A model generated the notes under the pieces. The model worked only from the letters and a program-made list of their open reading frames with translations. It did not search any database and had not been told where the DNA came from. From Squalus acanthias (Eukaryota), in the NCBI GenBank assembly GCA_030390025.1, contig CM059433.1, forward strand, positions 13,270,001 to 13,334,000: a DNA stretch of 64,000 nucleotides. Reading direction: 5' to 3'. The position numbers were made by a program, and so were the translations under genes. This document shows, piece after piece, positions 23,884-37,313 of this stretch (within the stretch, counting starts at the first letter, position 1; the number at the start of each line of letters is the position of its first letter).

Positions 23884-24270
23884 GGGGTAGAATTGTACTG
23901 GGTTGCAGCTGTCTTACAGGTGTTAAACGTGTGCAACGAGAGGACCAATTTAGGGTACCAAAATCCCGCGTCCAAACGACGCCTGAGATGCCTGGGCCAA
24001 TATTGGGTCAGACCATTTTTCAGGGTCTCTGGTAGCCGTCTAAAACAGGCGTTCGGCCCCTTTCGTACCTAATGAGGGGCCTAACGCCAGTTTTAGGCCA
24101 CCTGCCAGGCATTGCTTTAGGATAAGCAGGAGCCGGGCCTGCTCCCCTCAGGATTTTTCACTGCGGCCACCAACAAAAGGTAAGCATGTTCTTCTTAAAC
24201 TTTAAAAAAAAATTGTTCCTGTTGAGCGAGGAGGAGAAGCAGGAGTGCATTTCCACTCCTCCCCCCCCCG
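23884..24270. mobile_element. Truncated Harbinger-type MITE (same family as 21026-21418)
   Basis: Starts GGGGTAGAATT and shares internal motifs with 21026-21418. Confidence 0.6.
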
Positions 24271-24276
24271 CCACAC

Positions 24277-24626
24277 AAGATGCACTGCAGCAACTCGCCA
24301 AGGCTTCTTCGGCAGCACCTCCCACTCCCACGACCTCTACCACCTAGAAGTACAAGGGCAGCAGGCGCATGGGAACACCACCACCTCCAAGTTCCCCTCC
24401 AAGTCACACACCATCCTGACTTGGAAGTATATCGCCGTTCCTTCATCGTCGCTGGGTCAAAATCCTGGAACTCCCTCCCTAACAGCACTGCGGGAGTACC
24501 TTCACCACACGGACTGCAGCGGTTCAAGAAGGCGGCTCACCACCACCTTCTCGAGGGCAATTAGAGATGGGCAATAAATGCCGGCCTTGCCAGTGACGCC
24601 CACACCCCAGGAATGAATTTTTAAAA
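24277..24626 (+). mobile_element. CR1-like LINE family B 3' end
   Basis: MHCSNSPRLLRQHLP..SKSWNSLP..FKKAAHHHLL; same as 42985-43330 and 33812-34170. Confidence 0.85.
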
Positions 24627-24872
24627 ATCCCATAGCACTACTTGAAGAAAAGAAGGGAGTACAGGTGTCCTGGCCAATATCTATCCTTCAACCACCATCA
24701 CCAGAAACAGATTACCTGGTTACTTATCTCATTCCTGTTAGTAGGACCATGCTGTGTACAAATTGGCTGCGTGCTTCTCTATATTACAACAGTGATTACA
24801 CTTCAAGTACTTCTTTGGCTACGAAGCACGTTGGAATGTCCTGAGGTCGTGAAATACACTATATAACTGAAA
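24627..24872 (+). mobile_element. Older DeuSINE 3' half
   Basis: ATCCCATAGCACTA..GGCCAATAT..ATTACAACAGTGA..CTATATAA. Confidence 0.65.
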
Positions 24873-24939
24873 GCTGGTTTGTTCTTCCTATCCTTCCTTA
24901 AATGCATCCAAGGTTTTCACCTTCACCACTCGGGTGTGG

Positions 24940-25980
24940 GGTACGAGAGGAAATGTAGCAGCATAGATAGAACGTTTTATTAATGGACCGGACGGAAAGT
25001 GTTCGGGTAAATGGGTATTCCTGGGGTTGGAGAAGAGTTGGAAGTAGTATACCCCAAGGGTCAGTGCTGGGTCCCCCTTTTGTTCTTGGTACATACTGAT
25101 GATTTGGACTTGGGCATCGGGAATGGAATCTAGAAGTTTGCTGACGATGCAAAAATAGGGAGCTTGGCAAGTCCAAACTATCAGAAGGGCACAGGCAGGT
25201 TAGTGGAATGGACAGTCAGGTGGCAGATGCAATTTGTCGTGGGTATATGTGAGGTAATGTAGTGCATTGTAAGAGGGAAGACAATGGAAGGGAATATTCA
25301 CTCAGTGGAAAGAGGCTGAAGTTTGTGGAGTCACAGAGAGACCAAGTACATCATTCCCTTAAAGTGCAAGTGCAGGTAGATAAAACCATAAAGACCAGCA
25401 GCCTGTTAAGTTTTTATTTTAATGCATAGAATACAACTGTAAAGAAATAATAAATTTGTTAGCCCACAGAGGCACAAAATGTTGTGTGCAGTTCCCCCCC
25501 CGCCCCCCCCCGCCCCTCCATAGACAATGCATAATGTAGATTCACTCGAATGATGCCAAGGATTGGAAACTACAGCTATGAGGAGTGAGTTGATACTGGA
25601 ACTACTTCCAATGACACAGAGAAGGTTAAGGAGGGATTTAATAGTGATTTTTAAAATTATGATGGGTTTTGATAAAGTGCAAAGGGAAAGACTATTACTG
25701 TTGGGAAGTCAACGACAAGAGGCAATAAATTTAAAATGACCATTAAGGGATTGAGGAGCGAGATTGGGAGAAATTTATTTATGCAGTGAGTTGATTGAGC
25801 CTGGAACGCTTTACCACAGGGAATGGTTGGAACAGAGATAATTGCAGCTTTCAAGAGAAAATTGGGGAACTACAAGGAGAAAACAGGGCAATGCGATTAG
25901 TCTTGTAATGTTCCAGCATAGCGTTGGCACAGATGCGATGGTTCGAATGCCCTCCCCCTGTGCTGTAAACTTCTAAGATT
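24940..25980 (+). mobile_element. Highly decayed CR1 LINE
   Basis: PQGSVLGP, KFADDAK and WNALP remnants, plus a CR1 3'UTR near 25930-25980. Confidence 0.7.
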
Positions 25981-25984
25981 CAAT

Positions 25985-26500
25985 GGGGTGCAAATTCGTT
26001 TGCGCCACTAAGCCGGCGTGAACTCGGTGGAAGGAACGATCCCCGCAACATAAACAGGTAGGCCCGAAGCCCGATCGATATTGATCCTAGGGCCTCATTT
26101 TAATAAAACCGGCGAGCTATGGACACCTACTGCATTGCAGGCAGCTTGCTGGGAGAAGTAAGGATGAATGTCGGGCTGCTGTGAGGCGGCGATTGGAGGG
26201 GAGCAAGTGGGGGCTGGCCGCTTCCCGCAGCATTGCTGTGGAGGTCAGAGGAGCACTCCTGCTTCTACTCACTCCACATTAAGGGAAATTTTGAAATATT
26301 TAAAGCCAAAAGCTTAACCTGTCCTTCGGCGGCTTCCAGCAATCCCTTTAAGAACCGCTGGTTAGACAACAGCAGAACTGCAAAAACTAGTCAGAGCTTG
26401 CTCTAACTAAATGTTAACCAATTTGGGAAAGGAGTTCTAAAACAGGCAGTAGGCTCATTATGAGCGTATTTAAGGTGCCCCTGCTGTACTTGACACACAG
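25985..26500. mobile_element. Decayed MITE-like element
   Basis: Starts GGGGTGCAAATT, is CpG-rich and shares GGCCTCATTT and GGAGCACTCCTGCT motifs with the other MITEs. Confidence 0.4.
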
Positions 26501-27137
26501 GCAGTCCTTTAGGAATATAGATTTGTGGTTAATATTGACATCCCTGACGACTTTATGCATTTTGATATAAATTCTGATGATAATGTGCATCTGCTTGGAT
26601 TGTTCAAAGTATAAATGTGAAAGGATTAATTCACATGCAGCTCATAAACTTCTAAGTCATTACCATTGTATGGTCTGGGTGACGCATCCAGTGAGAATAT
26701 TTCACTCAAGAATTTGAAGTCGTTGCAAACTGGTAAACAAAATGTTTAATTTTGATACAACAAAATCTATTCTGATGATCACAGGAAGCAGTTTTTGCAT
26801 TTTTAAAAGCGTTGTTCGCCTTTCCAAGTCTTTGTGGTTGACCCACACTTGCACTGCCTTCCTGCGAGGACATTTCTTCCATTTAAACCAGTGCCAACAC
26901 TTGACCAGATCATTACTTGTGTCCCCGTACAGAGAGATCTATTATATCTTTGGATTAATCAAAGAGCACATTCTGACTCAGTAAAGCAAAGCTAAAATGG
27001 TGTAACATGCAACTGGCATTACTTATTGCTTCTACCGCATGCAACAGAAATTGAAACTTAAATTCTACTAATTTGCTCCAAATTATGATTGCACATGACA
27101 AATATGGATAAGGGAGGAGATTCTGTGCATCTGATCT

Positions 27138-27556
27138 CATAAGAACGTAAGAATTAGAAGCCCCTCGAGCCTGCTCCACCATTCAGTAAGATCATGGCTG
27201 ATCTTCGACCTCAACTCCACTTTCCCGCCCGATCCCCATATCCCTTGATTCCCCATGAGTCCAAAAATCTATCCATCTCAGCCTTGAATATATTCAACGA
27301 TTCAGCATCCACAACCCTTTGGTGTAGAGAATTCCAAAGATTCACAACCCTCTGAGTGAGGAAATTCCTCCTCATCTCAGTCCTAAATGGCCGACCCCTT
27401 ATCCTGAGACTGTGCCCCCTAGTTCGAGACTCTGCAGCCAGGGGAAAGAGCCTCTCAGCATCTACCCTGTCAATCCCCCTCAGAATCTTACATGTTTCTA
27501 CGAGATCACCTCTCATTCTTCTAAACTCCAGAGAGTATAGGCCCGATCTACTCATC
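27138..27556 (-). mobile_element. CR1 LINE 3' fragment
   Basis: ORF 27211-27555 gives LYSLEFRRMRGDL..WNSL, with a (ATAAGAAC) tail. Confidence 0.9.
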
Positions 27557-27899
27557 CATCAAGGAGAAAAATTTACTTTCCACCCCATCTATCATATCAT
27601 TCAACCAAATCTTCAATGAATCTAAGATATTTGGTTGATCACTCTATCCAAGAAAGCATTCCAAATGTTCATCACTCTGTATGAAGCATTTCCTGATAAT
27701 CAGTCCTAAATTGGCTTTATCCATTTTAGCTCATGTCTCCGGTTAGTATTTGGACTTTTTAACTATTGTTTCCTTGTCAATAGTCGTAACCCTTGAGAAC
27801 TGGGGGCTTACATGTGAGGTTAGGAAGCCCAGGGCTAATAATTACCCTATTCCAATTGTCCTCCACTACAGTGTTAACAAACAATGTCCCCAAGTTAAT

Positions 27900-28397
27900 G
27901 GCCTAGAAATGTTGCCACAACCATTTTTTGGCGTGCAGATGGGTGTAGTTTGCCTGAACGGTGAGGCCGGAGGCTCTCCAGATATTGGGTCTCGGACCTC
28001 ATTTCAATGATATCGGCGAAGTGCCAACAGCTTCGCAGTGGCCCTCTGGTAAGTTTTGTTAGGGATCGGGGCCTCGGTCGAGGATTGGGCAGTTGCAGGC
28101 AACAGCTTGTTTCCCTGAGTTTTGCCAGCGCTGGTTCTGGCGTGAGCTGCTTCAGTCCAAGCCAATCATACAGAAGGGGGCCTCAAACAAGTGTTGGGCC
28201 ACTCATTTGCATATGCAAGGGCCAAACTCTTGCTTCAAGCATGGGTAAAGTATGCCTCTTTTTTTGTGCTTACACAATATGTCGGGTGACGCACCTCCGG
28301 CCAGAATTGTGCGCATTCTTCCTACCTGCCATATTAGTGCCTTAGTAGTCTGAGCAGTGCCTGAAAGAATGTCACTGCCCGGATCAATTTCTAGGCC
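27900..28397. mobile_element. Harbinger-type MITE
   Basis: TIRs GGCCTAGAAAT / ATTTCTAGGCC and TSD AAT (27897-27899, 28398-28400). Confidence 0.8.
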
Positions 28398-28828
28398 AAT
28401 GGATTTTAACTTTTCCTTCGTACCCTTGAAGTTGACCTTTTCAGATCTGTATGCTTGGCTGTCGAATATCATATCTGAAAGTCTTTCTAGATATATGGGT
28501 AGGATATCCACAACTGCAATAATGGCCAGAGTAAATGAAACAATTTTTATTATTTTAGCCACAAGAAAAAACAAATACTATTGTTTACAATTAATCTTTT
28601 TGTTTTTGAAACTATATACATATTTTTGATGGTACATAGCCATGTATGAAATATGGTATGATTGACTGAACAGGTTCAAAGATGTTGTGATCACAAGAAA
28701 ATCAACTACTATTGGATATGCATGTTGAATTTTGTCCAGTCATGCCCTGTTTCAAAATGAAATTTTGATTGCAGAATGTAATTTCGATATTTCATAATAG
28801 CTGACTGAACAATTGCAAAGTTATTCAA

Positions 28829-29626
28829 GATGTGGAGATGCCGGCGTTGGACTGGGGTGGACCAAAATGAGAAGTCGCACAACACCAGGTTATAGTCCAA
28901 CAGATTTATTTAATTTTACAAGCTTTCGGAGCTGTCGCTCCTTCCTCAGGTAAGTTAGCAGTGAGAGAATCTCCCAGAATTCACAATTTAAACACAGACA
29001 AAATCTATTCAAATATTTCCCTACATCAAAGACACACTAAGAGCACAGCCAAGACAATGAGATGTGTCCCAGGAGGTCCAACGTGTCAAACCACCTGCTG
29101 GCTGCATATCCTGTCAATTTGTGTTGGTTTCTTGTGTTAGTCTTTTTTAAAAAAAACACCTGGGAAGACCGGCCATGATGTCAAGTCATGTTCTGTATCG
29201 TGACATGAACCCGATATCGCGATTGAGGCCATCCTCATGAGTGCGGAACTTGGCTATCAGTTTCTGCTCTATGATTTTGCACTGTCGTGTATCCCGAAGG
29301 CCGCCTTGGAGGACGCTTACCCGCAGATCCGAGGCTGAATGCCCCTGGCTGCTGAAGTGTTCCCCGACTGGGAGGCAACCCTCCTGCCTGGCGATTGTTG
29401 CGCGGTGTCCGTTCATACGTTGTCTCAGTGTCTGCATGGTCTCGCCGATGTACCATGCTCTGGAGCATCCTTTACTGCAACGTATCAGGTAGACAACGTT
29501 GGCCAAGTCACATGAGTATGTACCGTGTACCTGGTGGGTAGTGTCCTCACGTGTGATGATGGTATCTGTGTCCATGATTTGGCATGTCTTGCAGAGGTTG
29601 CCGTGGCAGGGTTGTGTGGTGTCTTG
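28829..29626 (-). mobile_element. 5'-truncated Penelope-like retroelement (family B) with GIY-YIG endonuclease C-terminus and terminal repeat
   Basis: ORF 29186-29635 gives CKTC..NVVYLIRC..WYIGET..LRQRMNGHR..EQKLI..GLNRD. 9-bp TSD GTTATTCAA (28820-28828, 29627-29635). Confidence 0.92.
28916..28953 (-). ncRNA. Minimal type I hammerhead ribozyme motif
   Basis: ttac-CTGAGGA-a-ggagc gaca gctcc-GAAA-gc-TT-gtaa, on the sense strand of the Penelope ORF. Confidence 0.72.
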
Positions 29627-29811
29627 GTTATTCAAAGCACAGCACCACCAGTATAATTTGAGCTTCGAAGGTTTCTTGAGTTTATCAGGTTGAAGGATGA
29701 TCTAACAGGTGTTTAAATGATAAAATCTGGAATACTCTTCCTCCAGATCAATTGCAATTTCCAAGACTGAGATTGACAGGTTTTTGTTAGGTAAGGGTAT
29801 CAAAGAATAGT

Positions 29812-30523
29812 GAGTCGGATTTTCCGATCGGAGGCTTCTACACACTTACCTGCTGGCTCCGTAGGTCCCGACACTTCCGCTCCTGGGCCTCTCCTGGCAC
29901 CTGTGCAGAGGCCCAGGTATCCCAGGGGCGCAGGCGGTTCGCAAGCATCCCTGGGATCACGTGGGCCATGGGGAACCAATCAAAGAAGGGAATCCCCCTT
30001 CACACTTTTGACGGGTCTCCACATAGATCTGTCAAATGTATGAATGGAGATCACTCAAAAAAACACTAAATATTAAATAATTTTTTTAAAAATCACATAT
30101 TAAAATTAGTTAAAATTACATTAAATTAAATATTTTAAACAAAAATTTAATTTTTTGAAAAAAATAAAGTTTTTTACAGGGCTAAAAATAAACTTACCTT
30201 TTTTAAAAGTATTTTTAAATTATAAATGAGTGAATTTTTTTTAAAAAACTTTTTTAAACTCTTATGCTGGTAAAAGCAGGCCTTACGCAAGCTTTTACCA
30301 GGTGTAAGATTTTTAAAGGATTTCAGCGGGCGGAGGTTCTGCAGAAAGCGGAACTCTCCACCCGCAGAGGCCCTTCTCCAGGGCAGGCGTCCGATCTGTC
30401 GAGAGGATTCTTGACAGATCGGAATTGCCATTTTTCAGCGCATGTGCTTCGCATGCCTGAAACCGGCACTTGCGAGGTCCCTACGGGTGGGTACACACCC
30501 GTGGGGGTCGGAAAATACGGGTC
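29812..30523. mobile_element. Harbinger-type MITE related to 6295-7058
   Basis: Shares TCCCTGGGATCACGTGGGCCATGG, the internal hairpin and the AT-rich core. Imperfect TIRs ..TTTTCCGA / TCGGAAAA..; no TSD seen. Confidence 0.75.
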
Positions 30524-31642
30524 ATAGAATGATATGGAACAAAAGGCGGCCATTTGGCCCATTGTGCCTGTGTTGGTGCTTTGAGAGAGCTCTCCAATTA
30601 GTCCCACTCCCCTGCTCTTTCTCCATAGCCCTGCAAATTTTTCCCCTTTAAGTATTTATCCAATTCCCTTTTGAAAGTCACTGTTGAAACTGCTTGCAGC
30701 ATCCTTTCAGGCAGCGCATTCCAGATGATTATAATTCGCAATATAAACAATTTTTTTCCCTCATGTCCCTCTGGTTCTTTTGCCAATTACCTTAAATCTG
30801 TGATCTCTGGCTATCGACCCTTCTGCCACTAGAAACAGTTTCTCCTTAATTACTCTATCAAAGCCTTCATGATTTTGAACACCTCTATCAAATCTCTCCT
30901 TAACCTTCTTTGCTCGAAGGAGAACAACCCCAGCTTCTCCAGTCTCTCCATGTAACTGAAGTCCCGCATTCCTGATACCATTTCAGTAAATCTCCTCTGC
31001 ATCCTCTCCAAGGCCTTGACATCCTTCCTAAAGTGTGGTGCCCAGAACTGACACAATACTCCAGCTGGGGCCTAACCAGTGTTTTGTAAAGGTTCAGCAT
31101 AACTTCCTTGCTTTTGTACTCTGTCTCTATTAATAAAGCCAAGGATCCCGTATGCTTTTTTAACAGCCTTCTCAACTTCTCCTGTCACCTTCAAAGACTT
31201 GTGTACGTACACCCACAATCTCTCTGTTCCTGCACCCCCTTTAATATTCTACCAATTCATTTATATTGCCTCTCCTCATTCTTCCTACCAAAATGAATCA
31301 CTTAACATTTCTCTGCATTAAATTGAATCTGTTATGTGTCTGCCCATTTCACCAGTCTGTCTAAGTCCTCCTCAAGCCTGTTATCCTCCTCACTGTTTAC
31401 TACATTCCTGAGTTTTGTGTCATCAGCAAACTTTGAAATTATGCCCTGTATACCCAAGCTCAGGTCATTAATATATATCAAAAAGAGCAGTGGTCTTAAT
31501 ACCGACCCCTGGGAGACACCACTGTAATACTTCCCCTCAGTCTGAAAAAAAACTACCGTACATCACTGCTCTCTGCTTTCTGTCCCTTGGCCAATTTCGT
31601 ATCTACACAGCCACTGCCCCTTTAATCACATGGGCTTCAATG
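30524..31642 (-). mobile_element. CR1 LINE fragment
   Basis: LYKTLVRPQLEYC, LEKLGLFSFEQRRLRRDL, WNALPE. Confidence 0.88.
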
Positions 31643-32037
31643 GACCAATGGCGGGTAAATGGAGTTGAAGTACAGATGAGACATGATCTACCTGAATAGT
31701 GGAACAGGCTCGAGGGGCTGAATGACCTACTCCTGTTCCTATATTCCTCTGCATGTGTCCTCCTATAATTTTACTGGAAAAATTAGTATGACTTAAATAG
31801 CAAAAAGGCCATCACAAAGAAGTAGTAAGTACACACTAGTTTTGGAGGTATTAAGGCCCGAGTCAAAACTAATTAATACATCAACCCTGTACACTGCCTC
31901 TGCTGGCATTGCAGTTAGCGGCACAAAAGATCTTTTCTTTAAAGATTTTGGGGAGTATTTTTGTGCTCATTTGTGTGAGGAATTACAACTGCAGATCAGA
32001 AAATGATTCCACATTGGGCGTACATTGCAAACATTAC

Positions 32038-32322
32038 GGGCTGGATTTTGAATGACCCATGGAGTCGGGTTTGGAGGCGTGTGGGGGGTTAAATTTGCGG
32101 GGTCGGGGTTTCCGACCCCATCCCAACTCCATCCCGCCTCCACGCAATTTTGACATAATCAGTCGCGGGGTTCCCGACTCCGTACCGCCTTCAAGAGGCG
32201 GGAGAGGCCATTAAAGCCCTTAACAAGCTCTAAATTGGCTCTGTAATGCCATTTTGAAATGCTGTAGCTAGTTTAACCCTCTTCTGACGTGAAGCACGCC
32301 TGGCAAAAAAATATTCTCTCTG

Positions 32323-32353
<31 letters not shown>

Positions 32354-32638
32354 TCCCCCCACCCCATTTTTGCATCCAGGTCCACTCACATCAAAAGCCA
32401 GGCAGGTCCTCTCTCACCAACAGTCTCTGAGACTAGGCAGTCAGCAATGATGACATCATCAGAGGCGACTTTCAGACTGAAAACACTAATTAGTTCATGG
32501 GTTCCCACATGCTCCAACTCAATTGCCCAATTAAGTGAAAATTGCATCATGCATCCACATTAATCTGGAGTCGGGGGGGGGGAAACACGAAATGCGCATT
32601 ACACGACCCCAACCCGACCCCAAGACAAAATCCAGCCC
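32038..32638. mobile_element. Harbinger-type MITE
   Basis: TIRs GGGCTGGATTTT / AAAATCCAGCCC and TSD TAC. Inverted homolog of 62965-63640. Internal (TCTCTG)n repeat. Confidence 0.88.
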
Positions 32639-33468
32639 TACGTGCCTCCAGCCAGAGTATATGCTGGATCAGATAAAGCTCTCGCTGCTCTGTGCCAACA
32701 ATACACTTAGAAAGAATGCGAGAGAAGACAGAAATAAGAAAAGGTCATTTGGCCCATGAAAGCTTTTCATTTTAGTACATTAACTCCCCATCATGGCATC
32801 AGTCTTGGTTGACTTTGAAAAGTTTTATCTATTAACCGCTCGTTTTTAAGGTTTCAGAATCTGTGTTTAACATTGGGTGGCCACAGGAGTTTTATCTTTA
32901 CAAGGCTGCCTGGAAGCCTTGCTATATTTGGGAATGAGATTCCAACCACTGCTGCACCAGTGTGAAACATTCATTTCACACATTCGCCACCCGAGTGGAC
33001 TCAGTGAAATTTCCAATTTATTACCAATTACTGCTGAATTGTGTTTAAATTTGTGTTGCGGACCAGAAACTGTGAGAATGAAGCTGTCTAAAATAATTTT
33101 GCTTAGGACTCTTTCAGAGAAAGGAGACCTCGGGGATTTGAATTCAAACCCATTCCAGATTGGCAGAGCAAAGGGTTTTATTCCATCAATCAACCACTTT
33201 ATCAGCTGCTCTTACCATTGCAGCCTTCATTCCATTCTTAAACACATATTTAGCTAGCTTCCTATTAAGGAATCGACTGAGAGAGCATTGGCCGTGTTGG
33301 CAAGTGGTCCATTCCACTTATCAAATAATCCGTGGGGGAACTTCTAACTTTAGTCTCGCTTGAAACTCATTAATTTCCTGCTTGTGTCTGATTGTTGTGC
33401 AATGTCCAAGTTAAATAGCTGGTTTATTTTTTTCCATGCCCCACATTCTAAAGGCTCACATGATATCT

Positions 33469-33800
33469 AGGGCTGGAGTCTTCTCCACGTTCCCACCCAA
33501 AATGGGGTGGGTTACGCATAGAAAATAAGGAATAATTTGGCAGTGAGGTGTACCGCTGCCTCAACATCCTGACCTGGGATTCTCCTCCGCCGCTGGATTT
33601 GCCACTGGCTACCTCTTCCCTGCCCGCCACATGTAAATGGCGGCGGGGAAGGGTCACAGGAGGATTTGACTGGCCTATGTCCCAATTATTGCCCATTCAT
33701 GAGGCCGCTATGTGGAAGATGGTGGTAGGCCCTGTGATCGCCCAATGGAGGGGAAGGGCCTTGTAGCAGCATCCCCCCTCTCCAATCTGGCCCCCACTTA
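33469..33800. mobile_element. Truncated MITE-like element
   Basis: Starts GGGCTGGAG, GC-rich, truncated by the LINE at 33812. Confidence 0.4.
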
Positions 33801-33811
33801 CCTTCCTATTT

Positions 33812-35862
33812 TATTTATATCCGTTCATAGGATGTGGGCGTCGCTGGCAAGGCCAGCATTTATTGCCCATCCCTAGTTGCCCTTGAGCAGGTGGTGGTGA
33901 GCCGCCTTCTTGAACCGCTGCAGTCCGTGTGGTGAAGGTACTCCCACAGTGCTGTTAGGGAGGGAGTTCCAGGATTTTGACCCAGTGACAATGAAGGAAC
34001 AGCGATATACTTCTAAGTCAGGATGGTGTGTGACTTGGAGGGGAACTTTGGGGGTGGTGATTTTCTCATGCTCCTGCTGCCCTTGTCCTTCTTGTGGAAG
34101 GGGTCACGGGTTTGGGAGATGCTGCCGAAGAAGCCTTGACGAGTTGCTGCAGTGTATCTTGTAGATGGTACACACTGCAGTCACAGTAGGCCGGTGGTGG
34201 AGGGAGTGAATGCTTAAGGTGGTGGATGGGGTGCCAATCAAGCGGGCTGCTTTGTCTTGGATGGTGTCGAGCTTCTTGAGTGTTGTTGGAGCTGCACTCA
34301 TCCAGGCAAGTGGAGAGTATTCCATCACACCCCTTACTTGTGCTTTGTAGATGGTGGAAAGGCTTTGGGGAGTCAGGAGGTGAGACACTCACCGCAGAAT
34401 ACCCAGCCTCTGACCTGCTCTTGTTGCCACAGTATTTATGTGGCTGGTCCACTTCTGACCTTATGATGGAGGGAAGGTCATTGATAAAACAGCTGAAAAT
34501 GGTTGGGCCTAGGACACTGCCCTGAGGAACTCCTACAGCGATGTCCTGGGGCTGTGATGATTGACCTCCAATCACCACAACCATCTTCTTTTGTGCTAGG
34601 TATGACTCCAGGCAGTGGAGAGTTTTTCCCCTGATTCCCATTGACTTCAGTTTTACTTGGGCTCCTTGATGCCACACTTGGTCAAATGCTGCCTTGATGT
34701 CAAGGGCAGTCACTCTGACCTCACTTCTGGAATCCAGCTCTTTTTTTGTCCATGTTTGGCCCAAGGCTGTAATGAGGTCTGGAGCCGAGTGGTCCTGGCA
34801 GAACCCAAACTGGGCATCAGTGAGCAGGTTATTAGTGAGTAAGTGCTGCTTGATAGCAATTTCGACGACACCTTCCATCACTTTGCTGATGATTGAGGGT
34901 AGATTGATGGGGCAGTAATTGACCGGATTGGATTTGTCCTGCTTTTTGTGGACAGGACATACCTGGGCAGTTTTCCACATTATCGGGTAGATGCCAGTGT
35001 TGCAGCTGTACTGGAACAGCTTGGCTAGCAGCGCGGCTAGTTCTGGAGCACAGGTCTTCAGCACGACAGCAGGATGTTGTCGGGGTCCACAGCTTTTCCT
35101 GTATCTAGTGCGCTCAGCCGTTTCTTGATATCACGTGGAGTGAATCGAATTGGTTGAAGATTGGCTTCTGTGGTGGTGGGGAACTCAGGAGGAGGCCGAT
35201 ATGGATCATCCACTCGGCACTTCTGGCTGAAGATGGTTGCAAATGCTTCAGCTTTGTCTTTTGCACTCGTGCTGGGCTCCACCATCATTGAGGATGGGGA
35301 TATTCATGGAGCCTTCTCCTCCTGTTGGTTGTTTAATGGTCCACCACCATTCATGACTGGATGTGGCAGGACTGCAGAGCTTTGATCTGATCTGTTGATT
35401 GTGGGCTCGCTTAGCTCTGTCTATTGCATGCTGCTTCTGCTTTTTAGCATGCATGTAGTCCTGCGATGCAGCTTCCCCAGGTTGGCATTGCATTTTTAGG
35501 TATGCCTGGTGCTGCTCCTGGCATGCTCTTCTACACTCCTTATTGAACCAGGGTTGTCCCCTTGGCTTGATGGTAATGGTAGAGTGAGGGATATGCCGAG
35601 CCATGAGGTTACAGGTTGTGGTGGAATACAATTCTGCTGCTGCTGATGGCCCACAGCGCCTCATGGATGTCCAGTTTTGAGCTGCTAGATCTGTTCTGAA
35701 TCTATCCCATTTAGCACAGTGGTAGTTCCACACAACATGATGGAGGGTGTCCTCAGTGTGAAGACGGGACTTCATCTCCACAATGACTGTGCGGTGGTCA
35801 CTGCTACCAATATTGCCCTGGACAGCAGCATCTGCGACAGGTAGATTGGTGAGGACGAGGTC
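33812..35862 (-). mobile_element. CR1-like LINE family B with an internal deletion in RT
   Basis: ORFs 35248-35781 (PWFN), 35058-35288 and 34066-35064 (AQFGF, ALDIKAAFD, GVPQGSVLGP). The ADD segment is missing after IIRSEV (~34450). Confidence 0.92.
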
Positions 35863-36198
35863 CTATATAGGCCTCTCTCTCGGCCAACGTCTACTAAGCT
35901 GCGGAATCTCTGATCTTTGGTGTTCTTTTGCCTCTTAAATGCCCCGCTGCTTCTTCTGATGCTACAATGGTGGTTGCGCTGCAACATTGCTGGGATTTTG
36001 AGGCTAAGAAAACTAGTGGGTTCTCTTGGCATGGGTAATTCTGCCGAGAGCCCACCATGCATCTTCAATGACCGCAATCCATTGAAATGGGTCAGGTTTG
36101 GAGTCCGAGCGTGGGCAGAAGTCCTGCCTTGTTAGAACTCCACCCTGAAGAGAAGAATCCAGCCCTTGCTCTCAATCCTCTTTTTGCAATGGAACAGA

Positions 36199-36668
36199 AG
36201 AAAGAAAGACTTGCATTTATATAGCGCCTTTCACGACCACCAGACTTCTCAACGCACTTTACAGCCAATGAAGCACTTCTGAAGTGGTAGTCACTGCTGT
36301 AATGTGGGAAACGCGGCAGCCAATTTGCGCACAGCAAGCTCCCACAAACAGCAATGTGATAATGGCCAGATAATCTGTTTTTGTTCTGTTTGGTTGAGGA
36401 ATAAATATTGGCCAGGACACCGGGGATAACTCCCCTGCACTTCTTCGAAATAGCGCCATGGGATCTTTTACATCCACCTGAGAGGGCAGATGGGGCCTCG
36501 GTTTAACGTCTCATCCGAAAGACGGCACCTCCGACAGTACAGCACTTCCTCAGCACTGCACTGGAGTGTCAGCCTAGCTTTTTGTGCTCAAGTCTCTGGA
36601 GTGGGACTGTGAACCCACAACCTTCTGACTCAGAGGCGAGAGTGCTATCCACTGAGGCACAGCTGACA
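36199..36668 (-). mobile_element. Full-length DeuSINE (SacSINE1-like)
   Basis: Colinear with 7976-8445. Confidence 0.88.
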
Positions 36669-37313
36669 TTGTAACTTCATTTGCTAAGTCTTAAATCCCT
36701 AAATCCCGATGACTGACTTTCACAATATATTCAATGGTCGCAAAAGGAATGAAATTTACAAAAAACATTAATACCATTCTACTTTCTATTAAGCCAGTAA
36801 TTTGCATGCCCATGTAAAGCTTGGCTGATCTGTTTTGCAATAGCAAATATTTCTATACCTTGACCTGTAAGATGTCTGAATTTGGGCATTCATTCTTTAC
36901 TCATCAGCGAGCATGTTGGCAGTGAATGTACTGTCAGTTTCTACTCGTGCAACATACATTTTGTCGTGCCACATTTATGAATTGAGTCAATATTGCTCCA
37001 ATATTTACAGTTTAGTGCAATTACAATTTTTATTAGGCGATGAGTAAAAGCTGCCCTGTTGAGTGGACTCGTTGTTCAGTCTGAAGGTCAAATTCCAATC
37101 AAGCTGGGTAATATCCTGCAAGCTGAGATTTGAACAAAAATAAGCAAAGATGGCATATTCATCATATCTTTGGGTGCAGCTAGAAATTGTTCAACATTTT
37201 TCTGCCAACTCGCATACCAAAAGATTTGTACAGAATTTGAACCCAATACCTAAACCAAATAGTGAGGTCAAAGCCAAGTGTTTTCGAGCAGTATTGTCTC
37301 TATCCTAAGTCAT

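Noticed and set aside
28203..28574. 123-aa minus-strand ORF with an acceptor-like site near 28512
   Set aside because: Half of it lies in a MITE and the peptide is unrecognisable.
34066..35064. 332-aa ORF, the longest in the window
   Set aside because: LINE RT fragment lacking the catalytic ADD motif and running out of frame after a deletion.
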